This document shows positions 10,231 through 19,832 of a stretch of DNA of 64,000 nt, piece by piece. The notes beneath the pieces were generated by a model, which did no database searches, had not been told where the DNA came from, and saw nothing but the letters and a program-made list of their open reading frames with translations. The first letter of the stretch is position 1. Each line of letters begins with the position of its first letter. The DNA lies in IMG/VR virus record IMGVR_UViG_2911420635_000004, positions 1 to 64,000 of that record. One strand, written 5' to 3'. The stretch comes from a virus. Taxonomy: Duplodnaviria > Caudoviricetes. The translations under genes were made by a program, and so were the position numbers.

Positions 10231-10318
10231 TTGACAAGGAACAACTGTTCCTATATACTAAGAACAACAGTTCGTGAACTTCTGTTCCTATAATACAATA
10301 GTAGGTTGTAGAAGTCAA
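10231..10318. promoter_or_regulatory. Face-to-face sigmaA promoters overlapped by three LexA/DinR-type boxes
   Basis: + TTGACA(10231)-N17-TATACT(10254); - TTGACT(10318)-N17-TATTAT(10295); GAAC-N4-GTTC at 10239-50, 10262-73 and 10276-87. Confidence 0.8.
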
Positions 10319-10373
10319 GAGGGAAACTGTCTGAAAATAAATAAAAAGCATTAAGCAAAACAAGCAATAAATA

Positions 10374-10421
10374 TTGCGTATATATTGACATACGAATCAT
10401 GGAGTGGTACAATATACGCAA
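10374..10421 (+). promoter_or_regulatory. sigmaA promoter bracketed by a 10-bp inverted repeat
   Basis: TTGACA(10385)-N17-TACAAT(10408); TTGCGTATAT 10374-83 / ATATACGCAA 10412-21. Confidence 0.75.
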
Positions 10422-10461
10422 CACAAGCAACATAGCGCGCTTGATTTGCAGGAGATGAAGC

Positions 10462-11343
10462 ATGAGCGATAGAAAAATTGACATGACGGAGCTCGCGAAT
10501 TATATTCGCATCCGCCCGCCGGAGAAAGAGAAATTAGCAGAGTTGCTCATTAGAGCAAAAGGAGCAAGCCGCAGTATGCGGCAGTTTGCTCTTGATTGCG
10601 GAGTGAATCCATCAACGCTTTCAAGAATAGTTAACATGAAAACTTCTGGGGCCTGCACGGATGAGCTGATCCAGAAAGTGGCACAGAACTCGGACCCGGA
10701 AAGTGGAATTACTTTTGAAATCCTGATGGACGCAAACGGAAAAGTACCACGCCGGATGACGGGAAAGTATACGAGCAAAGAATTTGAAGCTACAGAAAAA
10801 AGCATTACGGATATAATATTTAAAGAGCTGGAAGATAGGGGTTACAGGACTTCAATATTAGAGGGTGAAAATAAACACAATGCTCTTAATTACCGTTATC
10901 GGACAGACTGGGTTATATCAACGGATGCCAATTCCGATAGTGGCGAGATGGAGATTTGGGAATTCGAAATCTGGCACACAATGTTGGAAAAAAACAGTGT
11001 GGCGCATACCGTGATGAAGCTGCGCCAGAAGTTTCTGATGGTCTTAGGTCTTTACTATGTTGGGACTATGAATCCGAAAAAGATGAGCTTCGTTCTCACC
11101 AACCGGGAAGTATATGACCGAATGGTGGAAACACTCGAGAATATAAAGTTCAAGGATGTGTTTTCTCTTATTTTGGTAAATCTTGATGAAAACAAGGTGG
11201 AAGAAGAATATGTTTTCCCATTGGTGGGGCGTCCAAATGTCGGGACTGTTTTTACACCGATAGAAGATGTTGAGTCGAAGGCTGAAGAAGACACTGTGGA
11301 AGAATCAGAAAGCGATTGGGAGCAGAAACTCTTTGACATCTGA
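10462..11343 (+). CDS. XRE-HTH protein with large C-terminal domain
   Basis: SMRQFALDCGVNPSTLSRIVN HTH; acidic alpha/beta C-terminal region. Confidence 0.75.
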   Translation: MSDRKIDMTELANYIRIRPPEKEKLAELLIRAKGASRSMRQFALDCGVNPSTLSRIVNMKTSGACTDELIQKVAQNSDPESGITFEILMDANGKVPRRMTGKYTSKEFEATEKSITDIIFKELEDRGYRTSILEGENKHNALNYRYRTDWVISTDANSDSGEMEIWEFEIWHTMLEKNSVAHTVMKLRQKFLMVLGLYYVGTMNPKKMSFVLTNREVYDRMVETLENIKFKDVFSLILVNLDENKVEEEYVFPLVGRPNVGTVFTPIEDVESKAEEDTVEESESDWEQKLFDI

Positions 11344-11354
11344 TCCGGAAAGGG

Positions 11355-11573
11355 GTGCAGTTGGTAATGAAAGAACTTGAACAGAGCAGGTGTGGTTATT
11401 CCTCACATAACAGCCGTGTACATGAAGTATCTGCTAGCACAATGAATGATGATGTATTCATTATGAAAACCATACGGGAGATTACGAGCCGGGGTAACAA
11501 TGCTGAAGTCAGGCAGCGCAGCAATGGAAAGCTAGCCGTGTATGAAGTGAAAAAGAGTATATCCATCGGATAA
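11355..11573 (+). CDS. Small hypothetical protein (start uncertain)
   Basis: Short ORF ending RGNNAEVRQRSNGKLAVYEVKKSISIG, followed by a terminator. Confidence 0.45.
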   Translation: MQLVMKELEQSRCGYSSHNSRVHEVSASTMNDDVFIMKTIREITSRGNNAEVRQRSNGKLAVYEVKKSISIG

Positions 11574-11597
11574 TTGGATTCGATGAAGGGCTAATAG

Positions 11598-11642
11598 GAG
11601 CCGAAGATTGTGGTTGTATGACCATGGCCTTCGGCTCTTTTT
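11598..11642 (+). terminator. Intrinsic terminator-like hairpin
   Basis: GAGCCGAAG...CTTCGGCTC then T5. Confidence 0.7.
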
Positions 11643-12131
11643 GTCGTTTACAGAGAAAAAGTACCAATGATAGTTGCAGCAGCCAGAGAAGAAAAGATGG
11701 CTGTCAGAGATTTTACTGGCAAAATGCACAAAAAAACGACTTGCTTCTGAATTATATGACAAAATTTTCCAGAGCCTATTTACGGACGGAATTATATCTG
11801 ATATAATCAAATTTACCACAAATTGTGGAAAAATATGATTATATAAATATATCGAAATCGTAGTCATATAGGAGGTGTACTGGGAAAGATAGTTGATTGA
11901 TGCCACAATGCTCACCAGATAATTGGGTGAGCGAACGGCGTACAAAGATTACATATTTAGTAAAATTAATTATTTATTTACTGTTGAATTGGCGGCATAG
12001 TGCCGCAGGAAAATCTATTAAATAGTTTAAATGAATTTTTACTAATTTGTTGGGTCGAAGTGCGCTTGTTTGAGGTTGAAAAGTAACTATCAATCTGGTA
12101 CATGCCGGTACATATAGATAAAAGAATCTGT

Positions 12132-12204
12132 AGACCGGAGTAAATAAAGAAACAAGTATTGTAGCATTCGATGCACTTGAATCTTTATTTGCTCCGGTCT
12201 TTTT
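12132..12204 (+). ncRNA. Long hairpin, candidate sRNA or terminator
   Basis: 19-bp stem AGACCGGAGTAAATAAAGA / TCTTTATTTGCTCCGGTCT (one G-U pair) plus inner CAAGT/ACTTG and GCAT/ATGC pairs, then T-tract. Confidence 0.45.
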
Positions 12205-12376
12205 GTCGTTTATGGACAGAAGGTGAGTGGGTACCATATTTGGGTAAGGCCAAAGGAAATAGAGGTTGCCCATCCGGAGCGATTAAAAAAGTTATCTGAA
12301 AAAATGAATTAGACCGGGAAGAAACTTAGACCGGATATAATCAAGTAAAAGTACGAAAGAGGAAGGAGGTGGCAGC

Positions 12377-12727
12377 ATGGTCGATATTCACAGCGAAGAA
12401 TATATATTGGGTCAGAATATAAGAAAGTACCGATTGCGGCTGGGATGGTCGCAGGCAGATTTGAGCAATGCGGTGGATATTGACCGAGCTGACATCTCCA
12501 AGTATGAGAATGGAGCGAAAGGTATAATGAGCAGCACACTGCTGCGTAAATTTGCAAAAGCCCTTGGTGTTTCAATGGACGCACTGATGGACGAAGAAGA
12601 GCCGGAAAACACAGCGGCTTCAATTCAAGAAAAATATGAGAAGTTGAGCTCCAGGCATCAAGAGATAGTAAAAGAAACCATTGATGCGTTCTTATTCCAA
12701 GAAAGTCATGTGGCTATGGCTGGTTAA
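12377..12727 (+). CDS. XRE-family HTH regulator (phage repressor/Cro-like)
   Basis: IRKYRLRLGWSQADLSNAVDIDRADISKYENG; strong RBS ggaggtgg. Confidence 0.9.
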   Translation: MVDIHSEEYILGQNIRKYRLRLGWSQADLSNAVDIDRADISKYENGAKGIMSSTLLRKFAKALGVSMDALMDEEEPENTAASIQEKYEKLSSRHQEIVKETIDAFLFQESHVAMAG

Positions 12728-12813
12728 GTACCGTACAGATCAAAAGTGTCTGTGCGGTATTTTTTTGCCTTTTTTACTGCCGATATAGGGCTTTCACAGA
12801 GTCGATATGAAAA

Positions 12814-12831
12814 TGTGGCGAATTCGCCACA
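12814..12831. promoter_or_regulatory. Perfect 18-bp palindrome, candidate operator
   Basis: TGTGGCGAATTCGCCACA between the XRE gene and the sigma-like gene. Confidence 0.55.
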
Positions 12832-13205
12832 GAAGTGTGGCTTATCTGCCATCTGCAAGAGCCTTTCCAACTGGTAGACTATAAACAGTTCAAGGGACAA
12901 GCCCACAGAGCCAATACGAAAGTTCCTGTCGGCAGTACCTCGGACAAATAAAAAATATCGAAGCCCGATTCTAGAGCAGGCGAAGGATACCATAAGCGAT
13001 CTGACAGCACAGCAGAGTTATTTGCTGGAGCTGGAGGACTGAACATGGGATCATTCTAACCTTCTTTAGAACCGGGCTTTTTGCGCCTTTTGACCGCAGA
13101 GTCTGTCCGTTTCATGAGGATGCCGCGAATCTGCCATGTATGTTCTTCAAAGCCAGAGCCTTCAGTATCCTTCCCTCCCAGAAGTCCGGGGGAAAGGACA
13201 AAACA

Positions 13206-13961
13206 ATGATGAACATGATGACTGGAGCAGTAGCAATCAACGGTGGAGTAGGTGTGATGGAGGTTCGCCAGCCGCAGGTGGCAGTCAGCCAGATGGTAGC
13301 AAGCGCGGCACAGGCTGCAGAGCAGGTGGCTCTGAATGCACACATCACCCTGCGTGAGCTGAAAGGAATGATCGACACTGTGGTGGAGAAGAAGCTCCCG
13401 ACTTTCAAGACCCTCATGGAGATGAACCCGGTGGCAGTAGCCCGCACGAGCGTGAACGGTGCAAAGCTGACGGCCTATGAAAACGGCTATGCAGTTTACG
13501 AGGTGGACAGTGCCCACACTGTCATGGTCGTGGATCGCTGCGGAGATTACCGCTACGATTTCACCGATGGCACACACCAGATCGTGCCGGCAGAGACTTT
13601 CGAGGATGCCGAGTGGAGTCTGCGCCTTCTGATGGAAGGGGAGAAGCGTATGGAACACAACTTCAGTAAGACTGCTGCAAAGTTTGAGCAGGTGCCGCTG
13701 GAGTGCGATGGCTCTGACTGGTCCGCTTTTATTATGGTGGACTTTTGGGATGAAGACAATGCCGAGATGCTGGCAGACAAGGAACTGCGCCGTCTGTATG
13801 CTGCCATGAGCAAGCTGACCGAGCGTCAGATGGAAGTGGTCCAGCTCTACTTCTATAAAGGTATGACCCAGCAGGAGATTGCAGAGGAAATTGGTATCGG
13901 CCGCCGTTCTGTTGGAAACTGCCTGGAAGGTGCTTTGAAAAAAATCAGAAAAAACTTTTAA
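13206..13961 (+). CDS. Sigma-70 region 4 domain protein (phage sigma-like regulator)
   Basis: C-terminal LTERQMEVVQLYFYKGMTQQEIAEEIGIGRRSV. Confidence 0.8.
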   Translation: MMNMMTGAVAINGGVGVMEVRQPQVAVSQMVASAAQAAEQVALNAHITLRELKGMIDTVVEKKLPTFKTLMEMNPVAVARTSVNGAKLTAYENGYAVYEVDSAHTVMVVDRCGDYRYDFTDGTHQIVPAETFEDAEWSLRLLMEGEKRMEHNFSKTAAKFEQVPLECDGSDWSAFIMVDFWDEDNAEMLADKELRRLYAAMSKLTERQMEVVQLYFYKGMTQQEIAEEIGIGRRSVGNCLEGALKKIRKNF

Positions 13962-14044
13962 GAAAAGTACCTCCCAAACAGCTCCAAACGGTGTGCTTTA
14001 TGTAAGGATACAAAATCCTCAATACATCAAGGAGGTAAGAACCT

Positions 14045-14644
14045 ATGAAAGCAGTAAGCGAGAAGGTCATCCAGCAGACCCCCGATCCCATCGAGCATCC
14101 ACCCGGCGGGGGAGATCCGGCCACCGAACCGGACGCCGCAGCCGTGGGTGCGGATACAGTAAACAAAGCGGCTGCAACAGCACCGAAGAAAATTTTCGTC
14201 TGCTCGCCATACCGACCGACCTCAAAAACAGAGGAATGCAGGAAAGATGAGCTGATGGTGAATATCAACCGCGCCAAGACCGCCTGCAGGATTCTCACCA
14301 CACTGGGGTTTCTACCGCTGGCACCGCACCTGTACTTCACCCAGTTCTTAAAGGATGAGGATGCACAGGAGCGTAACACCGGCATGAAGCTGAGAATGCG
14401 CTGGCTGGAGGAGGCGGACGAGCTCTGGGTGTTCGGTAACACGATATCCGAGGGGATGGTGGCAGAGATCGAGAAAGCGCATGAGTTGAACAAGCCGGTA
14501 CGCAATCTGCCGGAGCCGGGGCGAGTGATCGAACTGCTCTTAAAGAGCATCTCGGAACAGTACCATGTTCCGCTGGATGATAGGAAAGCTGAAAACAGCA
14601 ATGGGCAGCAGGAAGCTGCAGAAAGTGAGGAAAACAATGGCTAA
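14045..14644 (+). CDS. DUF4406-like / nucleoside deoxyribosyltransferase-fold protein
   Basis: IFVCSPY, PLAPHLYFTQFL, DELWVFG..ISEGM..EI motifs. Confidence 0.65.
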   Translation: MKAVSEKVIQQTPDPIEHPPGGGDPATEPDAAAVGADTVNKAAATAPKKIFVCSPYRPTSKTEECRKDELMVNINRAKTACRILTTLGFLPLAPHLYFTQFLKDEDAQERNTGMKLRMRWLEEADELWVFGNTISEGMVAEIEKAHELNKPVRNLPEPGRVIELLLKSISEQYHVPLDDRKAENSNGQQEAAESEENNG

Positions 14645-15101
14645 CGAAAAGAAGAACGGAACTCTGGAGGAGATCATCATGGAAATGCTCAAGGAAGGCA
14701 AGGCTGTCCGCATTCCTATCAAGGATGTAGTGGACAAGCTGCAGGAGAATGTTAAGGCTGCGGAAGATGCGCAGGAGGCGGTTCAGCCGGAAACTGAGAA
14801 GTCAGAAGCGGTGCCGCAGGGCGGACAGGTCAAGACCGTGCCGATTAACATCCACATCGACAACCTGCATATCCACATGGATGAACGCATGACTTCCTAC
14901 AACAACTTCGAGGGTGATTCCGATGAAACGGATGAGCCTGATGAGGACGAGCCGGAGGACATTGATGTGGATGCGATGATCGGTCTCATCAAGGCAAAGA
15001 CCGGTCTGTGCGAGAAGGTCATTCTGGCAGTGCTGGCCGCCCAGGAGGAGTACCTCGATTCCATTTGGGGTGAGAACATGGATGAGGAGGACAAGGTATG
15101 A
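14637..15101 (+). CDS. Acidic hypothetical phage protein
   Basis: MANEKKNG start overlapping the upstream stop; D/E-rich. Confidence 0.6.
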   Translation: MANEKKNGTLEEIIMEMLKEGKAVRIPIKDVVDKLQENVKAAEDAQEAVQPETEKSEAVPQGGQVKTVPINIHIDNLHIHMDERMTSYNNFEGDSDETDEPDEDEPEDIDVDAMIGLIKAKTGLCEKVILAVLAAQEEYLDSIWGENMDEEDKV

Positions 15102-15790
15102 TGGATGAGATGAATGTTCTGAATGCTCCAAAGAAGGTCGTGGACGGGCTGACCGAGGTTTTTGAAGGACTTGCCCAGATGTTTGAAGGCGTGTCTGATC
15201 AGCTTGAACTTCTGGGCGCAGATGCTGCCCCGGAGGATAAGCGTATCTTCCCGATCGTGGATCAGGAAGCTCCTGCCGTGTCTGAGAAGAAAGGTGCAGC
15301 AGCATCGCATCCCCGCAAGAAGCCGATCAAGAAGACCCGAAAGGTCGAGGAGGTTTCAGACAAGCTGGAGGAACCTGTCACTGACAGCAACAGCGATGCC
15401 ACTGCAGACACACAGCCAGATGCCGAGAACAGTGCCGGGGAAGCAGAGGAAGAAGAAAACTTCCCGGCGGATGATGCCGATGATCTTCCGTGGAGCGAGG
15501 ATACCGGTCAGGTGAAAGAGACCGGCCGGAAGGACGAGCCGACTGGTAAGACCAGACAGCCTGATAAGGCGCAACAGGCCAAGCAGGAATCACCTGCTGC
15601 CGCTACGACATCGTCTGCGGTGACGATCACCAAGGATGACATCACAGCGGTCATTGTGGCGAAGATCAAAAAGAAGCGCGACAACAACGAGAAGATCGGC
15701 CAGCTTCTGAAGACCTATGGTGTCGGTCAGCTCTCTGACCTTCCTTCGGAAAAGTACGAAGCGTTTCTGGCTGATGTCTCCCAGATTTAA
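15098..15790 (+). CDS. Hypothetical phage protein (disordered linker, conserved helical C-terminus)
   Basis: C-terminal LLKTYGVGQLSDLPSEKYEAFL, a type usually found upstream of DUF2800 genes. Confidence 0.65.
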   Translation: MMDEMNVLNAPKKVVDGLTEVFEGLAQMFEGVSDQLELLGADAAPEDKRIFPIVDQEAPAVSEKKGAAASHPRKKPIKKTRKVEEVSDKLEEPVTDSNSDATADTQPDAENSAGEAEEEENFPADDADDLPWSEDTGQVKETGRKDEPTGKTRQPDKAQQAKQESPAAATTSSAVTITKDDITAVIVAKIKKKRDNNEKIGQLLKTYGVGQLSDLPSEKYEAFLADVSQI

Positions 15791-15801
15791 GGGAGGTCAT
15801 T

Positions 15802-17025
15802 ATGCCAGAAGTACACGCAATCCTGTCTGCTTCCAGCTCGAAGCGGTGGCTGAACTGTACGCCATCGGCAAGGCTGGAGCAGAACTTTCCAAATGAATCC
15901 TCGGTGTATGCCGAGGAAGGAACAGCCGCCCATGCGCTGGGTGAGTATAAGCTCCGCAAGTACCTGCATGAGAGGGTGCAGCGTCCGACCTCCGAGTACG
16001 AGAACGAGGAGATGGAAGCGAACACTGACATTTACGCAGAGTTCATCATTTCAACGGTGGAGCGCATCAAGGAAACCTGCCCGCATCCACTGGTCATGGT
16101 GGAGGAGCGGCTCGATTACAGCTATCTGGTTCCATCTGGCTTCGGTACCGGCGACTGCGTGATCATCGCAGACGGGACACTGTATGTCATGGATTACAAG
16201 AACGGCAAAGGCGTATTCGTCAGCTGTGACCACAATCCGCAGATGATGCTGTACGCCTTGGGCGCTTATCACGCCTACGGATATCTGTATAACATCAAGC
16301 AGGTGTCCATGACCATTATCCAGCCGCGACTGGAAAATATCTCAACGTATGAATGCAGTGTGGAGGAACTGCTGGACTGGGCGGAGACCTATGTCAGACC
16401 GAGGGCAAAGCTGGCCTTTGAAGGAAAAGGTGAGCAGGTTCCCGGTGACTGGTGCCGGTTCTGCAGGGCGAGGACTTCCTGCAAAGCCTGTGCCGAAGAA
16501 GCTCTGGCACTGGTGAAGGAAGAATTTTTGGATCTGGACGAAGGTGTTCTTACCGATGAGGCGGAGGAGACCGATGCCACAGCAGCTTATAATCCGGACA
16601 CCTCCGCACCGACCTTCAAGTCCCCGGCACTCCTTTCCAAGACGGACATCGAAAAGATGCTTCCGACCCTGAACCGTATCGAGTCCTGGATCGAAGCGAT
16701 TTTTGCCTATGTCAGTTCCGAAGCCATCAACCACGGCGTTGCGTGGGATGGCTATAAGGTGGTCGAGGGCAGGAGCAAGCGGCAGTTCCTTGACACAAAG
16801 TCAGTGGTGGCCGCAGCAGAAAAAGCCGGATACACCGACATCTATAAGACCGAGCTGATTTCCCTTACTGAGTTTGAAAAGCTCATGGGAAAGAAAAAGT
16901 TCAAAGAGATTCTGGGAGAGTATGTGGTCAAGCCACCCGGTAAGCTGGCGCTTGTACCAAACTCCGATCCCAGAGAGGCAGTCGATCTGGAGACTGCCGA
17001 GGATGAGTTCACGCCCCTTGACTGA
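15802..17025 (+). CDS. DUF2800 PD-(D/E)XK (Cas4-like) nuclease
   Basis: HAILSASSSKRWLNC, GTGDCVII, VMDYKNG, QMMLYALG, WCRFC motifs. Confidence 0.85.
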   Translation: MPEVHAILSASSSKRWLNCTPSARLEQNFPNESSVYAEEGTAAHALGEYKLRKYLHERVQRPTSEYENEEMEANTDIYAEFIISTVERIKETCPHPLVMVEERLDYSYLVPSGFGTGDCVIIADGTLYVMDYKNGKGVFVSCDHNPQMMLYALGAYHAYGYLYNIKQVSMTIIQPRLENISTYECSVEELLDWAETYVRPRAKLAFEGKGEQVPGDWCRFCRARTSCKACAEEALALVKEEFLDLDEGVLTDEAEETDATAAYNPDTSAPTFKSPALLSKTDIEKMLPTLNRIESWIEAIFAYVSSEAINHGVAWDGYKVVEGRSKRQFLDTKSVVAAAEKAGYTDIYKTELISLTEFEKLMGKKKFKEILGEYVVKPPGKLALVPNSDPREAVDLETAEDEFTPLD

Positions 17026-17114
17026 GGCTGGACATAGAAAACCGCATTACACAACAGGATGCCGCAGTCAGATAAGAGGCGCGGCATCACAAAAGAATTT
17101 GGAGGATTTTTATT

Positions 17115-17702
17115 ATGGCTAAGAAAATTACCAGTGCAACGAAGCTCGTTATCCCGTGCCGTATCTCTTTTGCCAACATCTTCGAGCCGAAGAGCATCAA
17201 TGGCAGTGAGGCGAAGTATTCCGTTTCCTGTCTGATCCCGAAGGACGATAAGAAGACCCTGCTGGCGATCCACAAGGCGGTCGAAGCAGCGAAGGAAGAT
17301 GGCAAGGTCCGCAAGTGGGGCGGTAAGCTCCCTCCGAACCTGAAACTTCCGCTGCGTGATGGTGACATTGACCGTCCGGATGATGAGAACTATCAGGAGC
17401 ACTTCTTCCTGAACGCCACCAGTAAGGATGCACCGCAGGTCGTTGACCGTCACGTCCAGCCTGTGGTTGACCCGATGATGGTCTACTCCGGCTGCTTCTG
17501 CAATGTCAGCGTCAATTTTTACCCGTTCAATGCCAACGGTAACCGCGGCGTAGCGGTAGGTCTGGGCAATATCCAGTTCGTCAAGGATGGCGACCGTCTG
17601 TCTGGACGTGCATCTGCAGACGCTGACTTCGATGCCCTGGAAGATGACGAGGATGTTCTGGGCGGAGACGCCGGTGAGAAACTGCCGGATTACCTGCGTT
17701 AA
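17115..17702 (+). CDS. DUF2815 single-stranded DNA-binding protein (T7 gp2.5-like)
   Basis: RISFANIFEP, KYSVSCLIPK, PLRDGD, GLGNIQFVKDG motifs; acidic C-terminal tail. Confidence 0.88.
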   Translation: MAKKITSATKLVIPCRISFANIFEPKSINGSEAKYSVSCLIPKDDKKTLLAIHKAVEAAKEDGKVRKWGGKLPPNLKLPLRDGDIDRPDDENYQEHFFLNATSKDAPQVVDRHVQPVVDPMMVYSGCFCNVSVNFYPFNANGNRGVAVGLGNIQFVKDGDRLSGRASADADFDALEDDEDVLGGDAGEKLPDYLR

Positions 17703-17736
17703 GCACGGACAATTTGTACACAGCTAAGTAAGCAGG

Positions 17737-17769
17737 CCGGGGGATGTGTCAGAACATCTCCCGGTTTTT
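17737..17769 (+). terminator. Intrinsic terminator
   Basis: CCGGGGGATGT/ACATCTCCCGG stem then T5. Confidence 0.75.
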
Positions 17770-17813
17770 ACATGAAAAATTGATTCACATGACGGATTGA
17801 TTCAAACGAAGGG

Positions 17814-19820
17814 GTGAGATTTTTGAAAGAAATATTGGTCGATATTGAGACTTACAGCGAGGTGGACATCGGAAAATGTGGTCTGTACCGCTATGCTACG
17901 GACCCCAGCTTTGAGATCCTGCTGATTGCCTGGGCAACCGATGAGGGAGCCGGCTTTGGTGAAACCAAGTGCGCTGACCTTGCATCAGGAGAAACCATTC
18001 CAATGGAACTGCTGGAGGCATTTCAGTCCGGAAGTGTGCGGCTGATCGCACACAATGCTGCCTTTGAGCGTGTCTGCTTCTCCGTGCATCTGAACCGGCA
18101 CTGTCCCGGACAGTATCTGAAACCAGGAGAGTTCCTCTCACCGGATAGCTGGATCTGCACGATGGTCATGGCGGCATCGCTGACCTTGCCGCTGGCACTG
18201 AAAGATGTCGGCACGGTGCTGAAGACCAGCCAGCAGAAAGACAAAGAAGGTGAGCGGCTCATCAAGCTGTTTTCTGTACCGTGCAAGCCGACGAAATCCA
18301 ACGGGATGCGTACCCGGAATCTCCCGGAGCATTCCCCGGCGGACTGGGCGAAGTTCAAGTATTACTGCATTCAGGATGTCAACACCGAGGTGGACATCTA
18401 CAAACGGCTGAAGAAGTTTCCGATGCCGGAACTGGAATGGCAGCACTACTGCACCAATGAGCGCATCAATGACCGTGGCGTGCGGATCGACACGGAACTG
18501 GTACAGGAAGCAATCACCTGTGACCTGATGCTCTCCGATGCCATGAGCAAAAAAGCCTACAAGCTGACCGGGCTGGAAAATCCGAATTCCGTATCCCAGC
18601 TGAAGACATGGCTGGAGGAGCGCGGCATCCCGATGGACACGCTGGGCAAAAAAGATGTCGCCCAGATGATTACCGAGCTGGATAAAAACGGTGTGGATGC
18701 GGAAGCACTGGATATGCTGAAGCTCCGACTCCAGATGGCGAAAAGCTCTGTGAAGAAATACCAGGCAGCGGAACGCTGTGTCTGCTCGGACGGCAGAGCA
18801 AGGGGACTGTTCCAGTTCTATGGAGCCAGTCGTACCGGACGATATTCCGGCCGGAATATCCAGTTACAGAACCTCCCACAGAACCACATTTCCACGCTGG
18901 ATGAAGCGAGAACGCTTGTGAAGCTGGGGTGCTTCGATATGGTCGAGAGTATCTACGGCAATACACCAGACGTTCTCTCCCAGCTGATCCGCACCATGCT
19001 GATCCCGAAAGATGGATGCGAGTTCATTGTGGCTGATTTTTCTGCCATTGAAGCCCGTGTGCTTGCGTGGGAGGCAGAGGAACAGTGGGTGCTGGATGCA
19101 TTTCAGAACGGCGAGGATCTTTACTGCGCGACGGCTTCTCAGATGTTCCATGTGCCGGTCGTTAAGCACGGCATCAACGGTGATCTGCGCCAGAAAGGGA
19201 AGATCGCAACTTTGGCTTGTGGATATGGCGGCTCCTCCGGCGCACTTATCAGTATGGGCGCACTGCAGATGGGACTGCACGAGGGAGAACTGCCGGAGAT
19301 CATTGATTCCTGGCGGGAAGCCAACCCGAAGATCGTGCAGTACTGGTGGGATACCGAAAAAGCTGCAATGACGGCCTATAAGACCGGGGAGCGGCAGGAG
19401 GTCGGAAAAATCGCATTTGAGTTCTATTCCGGCACCCTCTGGATGGTGCTTCCGTCAGGCAGACGGCTGGCATATCTGAAGCCGAGACAGCAGCCGAACC
19501 GCTTCGGCCGTATGAGCCTGACCTATGAAGGCGTGGGGCAGAACCACAAGTGGAGCAGACAGGAAACCTACTCCGGCCGGCTGGTCGAGAACGCGACACA
19601 GGCCATCGCCCGTGACATTCTGGCTGAGGCAATGGACCGCATCTCAGCAGAGGGGTTGAACATTGTGGCTCATGTTCACGATGAAGTCATCATCGAGGCA
19701 CCCAAGGGTCAGTACACAGTGGATGAGGTCTGTAAGCTGATGTCGGTCAACCCGGCATGGTGTAAGGGCTTGCCGTTGGCTGCAGCTGGTTACAAGGGTG
19801 ACTACTATTTCAAAGACTAA
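17814..19820 (+). CDS. Phage family A DNA polymerase with 3'-5' exonuclease
   Basis: Exo I DIETY; motif A VADFSAIEARVL; motif B RQKGKIATLACGYG; motif C HVHDE. Confidence 0.95.
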   Translation: MRFLKEILVDIETYSEVDIGKCGLYRYATDPSFEILLIAWATDEGAGFGETKCADLASGETIPMELLEAFQSGSVRLIAHNAAFERVCFSVHLNRHCPGQYLKPGEFLSPDSWICTMVMAASLTLPLALKDVGTVLKTSQQKDKEGERLIKLFSVPCKPTKSNGMRTRNLPEHSPADWAKFKYYCIQDVNTEVDIYKRLKKFPMPELEWQHYCTNERINDRGVRIDTELVQEAITCDLMLSDAMSKKAYKLTGLENPNSVSQLKTWLEERGIPMDTLGKKDVAQMITELDKNGVDAEALDMLKLRLQMAKSSVKKYQAAERCVCSDGRARGLFQFYGASRTGRYSGRNIQLQNLPQNHISTLDEARTLVKLGCFDMVESIYGNTPDVLSQLIRTMLIPKDGCEFIVADFSAIEARVLAWEAEEQWVLDAFQNGEDLYCATASQMFHVPVVKHGINGDLRQKGKIATLACGYGGSSGALISMGALQMGLHEGELPEIIDSWREANPKIVQYWWDTEKAAMTAYKTGERQEVGKIAFEFYSGTLWMVLPSGRRLAYLKPRQQPNRFGRMSLTYEGVGQNHKWSRQETYSGRLVENATQAIARDILAEAMDRISAEGLNIVAHVHDEVIIEAPKGQYTVDEVCKLMSVNPAWCKGLPLAAAGYKGDYYFKD

Positions 19821-19832
19821 GGGGTGAACAAG

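Noticed and set aside
15802-17025. Cas4-like gene as CRISPR adaptation
   Set aside because: It lies in the standard DUF2800-DUF2815-PolA phage replication block, with no array or cas1
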